NCBI RefSeq assembly: GCF_006345805.1
Contig: NC_043000.1
Span: forward strand, 83,080,001 to 83,144,000
DNA: 64,000 bases
Direction: 5' to 3'
Source of the DNA: Octopus sinensis
Lineage: Eukaryota
A program made the position numbers and the translations under genes. Positions within the stretch are counted from its first letter, which is position 1. Each line of letters starts with the position of its first letter. A model generated the notes under the pieces. The model ran no database searches and was not told the origin of the DNA. It saw nothing but the letters and a program-made list of their open reading frames with translations. Shown piece by piece: positions 63,397 to 64,000 of the stretch.

Positions 63397-64000
63397 TCCC
63401 AGATATTGAAAGATTTTAACATTATTCAGTTCAAAATCTCTTATTCTAATCATCTTTAAAATAGGTGAAAGCAACAGCTAAGTATGATTTTTGTTACAAT
63501 TGAAGCTTCTATTGACAAAAATCAGATTTGTGCCATACGATGTACCTGAATAATTCAATTTCAAAATAAGATAGTATTTATATTGCTATCTAATATTGAT
63601 TTCAAAGTTTGGCACAAAGCTAGCAGTTTCAGAAGAGATATGTCAATTACGTCAACACCAGCACTCAACTGGTACTTATTGTATCAACTCCAAAATGATG
63701 AAAGGCAAAATCAACCTCAACAGATTTTGAACTCAGAACATAAAATGCCACTAAGCATTTGTCCAACATGCTAATGATTCTGCCAGCTTGCTGCTCTATA
63801 TCGATTTCTTATATAAAACCTGTTTATTGCAATTGTTTCAAGAATATACTGATGTTTACTCTTTTTTTCCTTTGTTATCACCATCACTGCTGTTACCACC
63901 ATTGTCAACATCCATGCCATTATCTTCCTTATCATCAGCACCATTATTGCCAGCACAAACACCATCATCATCATAAACATTGCTATTACTTTTAGTAGTG

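Noticed and set aside
62750-64000. Further upstream CFAP54 exon (acceptor-like TTATTTCAG at ~63547)
   Set aside because: All frames hit stops before a usable donor, so the preceding exon probably lies outside the window.

Overview
This is AT-rich, microsatellite-dense animal DNA. The repeat repertoire looks like octopus or another coleoid cephalopod; that is recognition, not a database result. One host gene crosses the whole window on the minus strand. I read 11 GT-AG exons by hand (62552-62746 down to 7485-7560). They splice into one uninterrupted 1617-nt (539-codon) frame that resembles the middle of CFAP54 (cilia- and flagella-associated protein 54), and the gene continues beyond both window edges. 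The other ~97% is intron filled with transposons. These include RTE LINEs (a resident family with a Cys-rich finger and (GAT)n tail, plus a different full-length 3.8-kb RTE with a 9-bp TSD), several R4/Dong-like RLE-endonuclease LINE families chained through (TAA)n arrays, and CRE-, Tx1- and Penelope-like fragments. There are also two decayed Ty3/Gypsy elements, Tc1/mariner and piggyBac-like MITEs, and three tRNA-derived SINE families. Most ORFs in the supplied track are TE fragments, antisense shadows or microsatellite artefacts. The best leads are a core-intact hammerhead ribozyme motif in the sense strand of a CFAP54 intron, apparent microsatellite target partitioning ((TAA)n for RLE LINEs, (TA)n for RTE/SINEs), a non-coding ~550-bp element that shares the TAA niche, and several fold-back structures in the pre-mRNA. 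I found no CRISPR array, rRNA or genuine tRNA gene, and I cannot claim a wholly new system with confidence.
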